Shown piece by piece: positions 57,369 through 64,000 of a DNA stretch of 64,000 bases (positions within the stretch are counted from its first letter, which is position 1; the number at the start of each line of letters is the position of its first letter). Origin of the DNA: Tubiluchus corallicola (Eukaryota; Animalia; Priapulida); contig JAQGDQ010000548.1 in assembly GCA_030141605.1 (NCBI GenBank), positions 1-64,000 of the forward strand, written 5' to 3'. The translations under genes and the position numbers were made by a program. A model generated the notes under the pieces. It was not told the origin of the DNA. It did no database searches and saw only the letters and a program-made list of their open reading frames with translations.

Positions 57369-59233
57369 ACAGTTTTTGCAACTTTCTGGTCATCCTTCAC
57401 TGTAACAGCACAATTTGAAAGTTGTATAATGTACAAAATTTTTTGCAAAAATATTGGACTGACTTCGACTCAGGGGGTCGAACTCCAAGATGGCATGGCG
57501 ATCTTGATATTGCGCATCATGAAGATCCATTTTACAATCGTTGTGCAACTGATTACTTAATTACAAATGTCAATTTTAATTACAAATGTTATGCTAATTA
57601 ACTAAGTTAATGTCTGTAAACTAGTACCATATACCTGTCATAGCATGTCATTTAACTCTCATAAAATAAAGTTTCGTCAGGTGAACGCTCTTTCAGTGCA
57701 TTGAAAAATATCAAAACCGACAATCGTTCGAGAGTAGTAACTATCGGAGTTTGAAAATACAAGTTTTTTTACAATTCCAGTAATAATTTCTTGCCACAAA
57801 AGTGGATACGGGGTAAAAAAAACTAGATTTTTAGAATTTTTTAAACATTTCTTCATAATCTGATGCTAGAATACAAAAGTCCAATATGTCTACCGTTTGT
57901 TTTATAAAAAAAACACACACAGAATTCACATTTCACCAAATTTTAGGTGCATTTTACCTTGCAGCGTCATAACGTAATTTAAACTGTGCCGACCTACGGA
58001 CGGTTTTAGGTTTTTCCAAGCACAATTATTGTGCTGCTGTCGCTCGCCGATCCCGCCAAGTTTGCGTCAGTGTCAGGCAGCGCCAGCTAGCGGACGGTAA
58101 AATAGAAAAGTTCAAGATTTATAAGCCTGCAACTCTAACGAACTATTTCAGTCGATTATCCTCAACATTATCTGTAGGGTATTTTCGTAATATTATTTAT
58201 TCATTTTTACCGATCCAAGCGTGAATTTTTTTCGTAAAAAACTAGAGTTCCTATGTTAAAACTGCCGTCATAAAATATACGAAATGTTTAAAATAGTAAA
58301 ATAATTCGTTGTTTTGGTTGTGTGAAGCTGATTATTGGTGTTTTAGGGATGGCAAAACTATGAAGAGTCTGATTATAAAACTACACGTTTATTGAACAAC
58401 AAACACAATAAATATAACAGATAGTCATGCCAAGCCCCCTGTTCTAGCCTGCTCTCCTTCAGCTCCCAGACTTAATTTCTTGAGCTAGTTTTGATGTTTA
58501 ACGAAATTTGAGTATCCGAGGTAATTATTATTTAACCTAAGCTTTGATTTAAAAAAAGCTATTGTAGTTTTCAATATTTTAGAGCATTCTTTATTCTGAA
58601 CTCATGTTTACACAATCATCCGATTTACTTTTAGACACCAAACAGGACAAGTCTGCTTCCGTTCTCTGCCAAGCCCCCTGATCTAGCTTGCTCTCCTTCA
58701 GCTCCCAGACTCAATACCCTGAGCTGGGTGCATCACAAGGCTTATATCGCGCGCGCCGAGCTTCGAGGCATCGACGCCTACGCTTTGGTTCTGAATCACT
58801 TGCTCACGTGACACCACAACTTTACTGGGCTTGATACCAGCATTCATCAGCATAATTACTTATCATAATTTAACGCTTTTAACATAATTTAACAGCTCCT
58901 CTTTTACTAAATACATTATTAAAAACTACAAAATATGTTTGCAAGGAGAGAGTAAATTTGAGCAAGTTGATTAATTTTAAAACACATTCTTTTTAAAAAT
59001 GGAAGTTTTTAGACAATTTTAATGTGTGATTAATTGCACTGCCATGAAACTTCTGTGCACATTTGCTTCACACAAATTTCTAATCACAGTAGCTGATTCT
59101 GATTGGTCATTTCACACATTTGTTCATGAAGATGGTGTTGAAGGATTGAGTTTAGTTCTGTTTTGCGTTCAAACTTTCACTCCTCCAAAAACAGGGAATA
59201 TGCGCCCTGTATTTTATTCCAAAGTCACTTTAA

Positions 59234-59819
59234 AGGAAGACTGGGTGATTTTTCGTGTACTAACCCATTTGCAAATCCGACAAAAGTATAGATTTTACAC
59301 AAAAGCGTTTTTGATAATTAGATAATAGATTAAATGCTTAATTAACGGCGAGCGAGCCCAATCACTGATGACGTCACAAACTAACATAATTTTGAACAGT
59401 AACAATATTCTATGAGCGTGTTGCACGTGTTTGCGAAAGAGAAAATTGAAGTATAATGCTACTGTAAGATATTCAGTGTGTTGTACTAAAACTAGGCAAG
59501 TTTTAAGATAAAAATTCAAATTTCAAATTTACGCTGTACTCACACATGAGCTGTCGAACGTGTGCAGTTCGTCACAAACTAACACACCTGAACTGAAAGG
59601 TTCAGCACCTTTTTGTGCAATTCGTTTCCGAAATGCAAGTGCTACTGCGCGTCTAACTATGCGAAATGCATATAACAGCAAAGTACTAGTGGCACGAACG
59701 TGATATTGTAGGTGTGTGGTAATAATTCTTTCACGTAAGTCATTTTTTGAAAAACGTTTGCTTTCAGTATTTTAAGGAGCAAAGTTCACCTACAGTTTAA
59801 GATTGGGTCAAGTTTAGTT
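59234..59819 (+). mobile_element. Kolobok/T2-type element, near full-length copy
   Basis: ttaa|aggaagactgggtg...gggtcaagtttagtt|ttaa. Confidence 0.85.
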
Positions 59820-59949
59820 TTAAGGTTTTCAGGATTGCAACACCCCTGTAAATCAAAATAAAAATCACATTACCTGCATGAAATTCACAAATCCTGCTTT
59901 CTGAATGGCTTAAATTAAAATACTTAGTTTTTAGTTTAAACGTAATTGA

Positions 59950-60393
59950 TTATAGGATTGGATCAGACAGTTTGGGCAACATGATTTAGGATCCTCACCA
60001 CAACAGACTTTATACACTATTTTCAAAAACTTTTACAGTAAGAATAGACTATAACTGCACAAGCTGACAAGTTTTACTACAAGATTACATTAGATATTAG
60101 TAACATTTACAGTAAGAATTGACTACAACTACACAAGCTGACAAGTTTTACTACAAGATTACATTAGACATTAGTAGAAAATGACGGTTAGAAAATGTGA
60201 ATGTACGAATATTTAAGACTGATGCATTTCATATCAGATAGTTACTACTGGAAGCGTTTAGTACGTAATATAAAGTCATAAGTCATATATGCACTGGAAT
60301 ATTTTACAGTTAGCAACATAGTTATTTCATCTTTTCCGAATAATAACAACTTCAACAGATCATTAGTTCCTAAGGCAGCTATATTAAGGTTTT
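59950..60393 (+). repeat. Dispersed repeat, paralog of 48792-49490 lacking the hAT MITE
   Basis: taggattggatcagacagtttgg...taaggcagctat collinear with the 48.8-49.5 kb copy. Confidence 0.9.
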
Positions 60394-61106
60394 CGGAAAA
60401 ATTAAAATACTTAAATGCCCTACCTCTGCAGAATCTATATACAAGCGCCGCATTCTGATTCCTTGAATTCTATGATCATTGTTGGTTGTTCTGCACTAAC
60501 CCACCACAAGCGTTTGTCAAATGAAGCCCTGCTCAACTAGCACACTACAAGCTGTTTGAGCAACAGTTCGCAGGTCATCAGTAACCCATCATTGTGGCAA
60601 ACTATTGACAAACACACAATACTATAACTAGCACACTACAAGCTTTGTTGATTGCAAGGCCTATAAAAGGCAATTGCAGATTTTCAGTGGCACATCAATT
60701 CTTTTCATATGAAATGCGCTACAATTAACACACCACAAATACTCTCAAAGATAAATACTTTATAAGGTAGTTAATGTTTTGGCTAGTGTTTTGCTTCGAT
60801 CACAGTTACATTAATGACAGTCGTGCCATTTAAATGCACGTGCGGCAACAAAAATTCAAGGAATTTCTCAAACCATATTTTACTTCTAGAAGAAAAATTT
60901 GTTCATTTCCCACTAGATGGCACTAACTAACGGGTGATAATTTATGGAAATCGAAAAACAGTTTATTTTTGCTGAGTTTTGGTTTTGAACATGGTTCGCT
61001 TGTTTTTAATTATTTGCTTCTGTTGCTGTTGTTGTTGTCACTGTCGCTGTTGCCGTCACAATAGTGGTAGTGATGCTGGTGGTGGTGGTAAGTATGTATG
61101 CACGCA

Positions 61107-61152
61107 TTATTATTATTTTTATTATTATTGTTATTATTATTATTATTATTAC

Positions 61153-61213
<61 letters not shown>

Positions 61214-61230
61214 TTATTTTTATTATTATA
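61107..61230. repeat. (TTA)n microsatellite
   Basis: direct reading. Confidence 0.97.
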
Positions 61231-61759
61231 ACTCTTTATTTTGCGCATATAGACATATATACATGCGCCCTCTATTTGCAGGGCTGTAAGTGTTAACAGT
61301 ATTTCATATTTAACAACTTACAATAGCTATGCTGGCATTGTATTATCACTATCTTTCTAAGTGACATGGATAACAAAATTTCTAAATTTAATTAATCCCG
61401 TTAGGTTAGTGAAAAAATAAAATTAGCTAACAAAATATTAGTAAAGTTAATTAAAATCACTATCTTCGATGATTTTGTGGTTATAGAAATGAAGAGAATA
61501 CTGTAATTTATGCTGTATGTTGTACGAATTTTGTACAAACAGACTTGAAAAGAGATATGATTTATTTCACAACTGACCATTAAAACGTTAAAGCAAGATG
61601 TTATAATTATTGTAATTAAGACTGCACTTGCACGAATAATAATGCATTTAGTTGGAAAAAGAAGAATGAGCAGAATAAAAAATCTGAAAATTGATACATT
61701 TATTACAATTTTTCAAGCAACTAAATGGATTTATTTTATCTTTCATTCTTTCACGGTTT

Positions 61760-61935
61760 CATAATTGCAATAGAATGTACCCATTTTCCATTTTTAGTTT
61801 CACAATTGTAATAGAATGTACCCATTTTCCATTTTTAGTTTCACAATTGTAATAGAATGTACACATTTTCCATTTTTAGTTTCACAATTGTAATAGAATA
61901 TACCCATTTTCCATTTTTAGTTTCACAATTGTAAT
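61760..61935. repeat. 41-bp tandem repeat, 4 copies
   Basis: tttcacaattgtaatagaatgtacccattttccatttttag. Confidence 0.93.
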
Positions 61936-62259
61936 CTTTTGCTGCTGCTGCTGCTGTTGTTGCTACTGTCGTCATTATTGTACCAAAGAATTGTACCAAT
62001 TAGTTGCAAAGATCGTTGAAATCTGTTGTAAAATGGTATATTTCCTTGAAGAGTGCAGCGTACAAACAGATGACGTCATTTCCATGTCAACTATGTCATA
62101 CATAGCAAAACCACAGCAGCTGCTGCTCATGTCACCTCATCATAGACGTGTGTCTTTGTGAGTTCAGCAGTGCTTGCAGAACTCTGAATCAAGTCTGTAA
62201 TGTAGTGGGCGTGTCATTGGTGTACGTGGTTACAGAAAATTGCATTCTTTTTGGCTGCA

Positions 62260-62895
62260 ATGATGGCAGATTATGGCTCGCTACACCATCCGAGCAACAG
62301 ACATAATTGTATGAAACATGGCGCCTCCACTACTGCTCCTAGAATTCCACCATTCCGATCAACAGATCATGTGGAACAAGTGGAAAGCTGGAGCGTTTTT
62401 GAAGAAGAAGTGATAGAATACTTGGAATGTCTGAATCCCACGAAATTGACAATTCCTAAGTTTGCCCAAACTCCGAGACGCCCCGTCGGGCCTCGTCACA
62501 AGTTGCAGCTTAAACAAGACATACAGAGAACGGCCAGCAAAAGCTCTGCAGAACAATTGCCAATGACTGCCGTTCTGATTCGCTGGCACACTGGGCGACA
62601 ACCTCACGTTTGCCTATCAAAGGAAGACGTTTATGACGTCATGTCTTACTTTGGACCAATCAGAACGATTCACATGAAATCGCTAAACAAAGCTCTGATT
62701 ATCTTTGAAACGTTAGAGTCAGCCTGCTGGAGCGTCAGAGCTCAGTATATACTCTGGAATGGGAAGAGGTTGTGCACATCGTGGTACCATGACGCTATGA
62801 AAAAACCCTTTAAAAATCGTCCACTAGATGGCGCCAGTTTCGCCGGCCTTTGGGCTGCCATGTCTTCACGTCAGAAACCAAATAAAAAATGTTGA
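62260..62895 (+). CDS. TEX56: TEX56/C6orf201 (DUF4523)-like protein with RRM-like fold
   Basis: non-repetitive 211-aa ORF; PMTAVLIRW...MSYFGPIRTI...ALIIFETLESACWSV...CTSW resembles the C6orf201 pattern PMSTIVVRW...FGPIQSV...SAC.AV...CSW; orthology not established. Confidence 0.75.
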   Translation: MMADYGSLHHPSNRHNCMKHGASTTAPRIPPFRSTDHVEQVESWSVFEEEVIEYLECLNPTKLTIPKFAQTPRRPVGPRHKLQLKQDIQRTASKSSAEQLPMTAVLIRWHTGRQPHVCLSKEDVYDVMSYFGPIRTIHMKSLNKALIIFETLESACWSVRAQYILWNGKRLCTSWYHDAMKKPFKNRPLDGASFAGLWAAMSSRQKPNKKC

Positions 62896-63076
62896 TGCTG
62901 GTAGATTTGTAAGACAATTAATGTCCTTTGGCAAATGATCTAAGAATATATTTCCACGTGTTCTTCTAGGATCTTGCAAAGTTTTTTTGAATTTTATTTT
63001 TCAAAAGCTTGTATGTAGTAGTCCGGGGCAATTGTCAATGTTCTGGCATCTCGCGTTAATTTTTGCTATTCAATGT

Positions 63077-64000
63077 TACCAGGTTTCTACAGAAGATTTG
63101 GTTTCTTGGATACACCAGGTTTTTAAGATATGCCACGTTTCTAGGATACACAAGGTTTCTAGGGAAGAATAGGTTTCTAGGATAAACCAGGTTTCTGGGG
63201 AGCACCAGGTTTCTAGGGATCACCGAGTTTCTGGGATACACCAGGTTTCTAGGAAATACCAGCTTTCTAGGATACACCAAGTTTCAATGATACACCAGCT
63301 TTCTAGGATGCACCAGGTTTCTAGGGAAGAATAGGTTTCTAGCATAAACCAGGTTTCTGGGGAGCACCAGGTTTCTAGGGATCACCGGCTTTCTGGGATA
63401 CACCAGGTTTCTAGGAAATACCAGCTTTCTAGGATACACCAAGTTTCAACGATACACCAGCTTTCTAGGATGCACCAGGTTTCTGGGGAACACCAGGTTT
63501 CTAGGGAACACCAGGTTTCTGGAATACACTGAGTTTCTAGGATACACCAGGTTTATGAGCAACACCAGGTTTCTGGAATACACTGAATTACTACGATACA
63601 CCAGGTTTCTAGGGAACTCCGGGTTTCTGGGATACACCAGGTTTCTAGGAAATACCAGCTTTCTAGGATACACCAAGCTTCAACGATACACCAGGTTGCT
63701 AGGAAATACCAGGTTTCTAGGGAAGAATAGGTTTCTAGCATAAACCAGGTTTCTGGGGAGCACCAGGTTTCTAGGGATCACCGAGTTTCTGGGATACACC
63801 AGGTTTCTAGGAAATACCAGCTTTCTAGGATACACCAAGTTTCAATGATACACCAGCTTTCTAGGATGCACCAGGTTTCTAGGGAAGAATAGGTTTCTAG
63901 CATAAACCAGGTTTCTGGGGAGCACCAGGTTTCTAGGGATCACCGGCTTTCTGGGATACACCAGGTTTCTAGGAAATACCAGCTTTCTAGGATACACCAA
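63077..64000. repeat. 18-bp satellite with a 162-bp higher-order unit, runs off the window end
   Basis: caccaggtttctaggata monomer; variant agggaagaat at 63161, 63323, 63719 and 63881. Confidence 0.93.

Noticed and set aside
56382-57560. 300-390 aa ORFs in all three + frames
   Set aside because: Stop-free 50-bp minisatellite; the unit is not a multiple of 3, so frames cycle.

Overview
AT-rich, intron-rich animal genomic DNA, probably from an invertebrate, with a 958-N assembly gap at 39360-40317. Most ORFs in the supplied track are artefacts of micro- and minisatellites, and most real coding sequence is in short spliced exons the track misses. I reconstructed by hand: (1) a + strand secreted pentraxin-domain gene (exons at 34.6-40.8 kb, one exon predicted inside the gap); (2) a - strand Spaetzle-type cystine-knot cytokine gene with a furin site (45.7-48.2 kb, candidate upstream exons to 49.7 kb); (3) a TEX56/C6orf201 (DUF4523)-like ORF at 62.3-62.9 kb; (4) a lower-confidence multi-exon - strand gene (0.6-23.5 kb) whose C-terminus may be a divergent pentraxin. 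Mobile DNA includes a 5S rRNA-headed, RTE-derived bipartite SINE with a 12-bp TSD nested in a MITE, seven copies of a TTAA/Kolobok-type non-autonomous transposon, hAT-type MITEs with 8-bp TSDs, LINE 3' ends, a Penelope-like terminal repeat with a minimal hammerhead, tRNA-derived elements and many tandem repeats. All family assignments come from motif recognition, not database searches.
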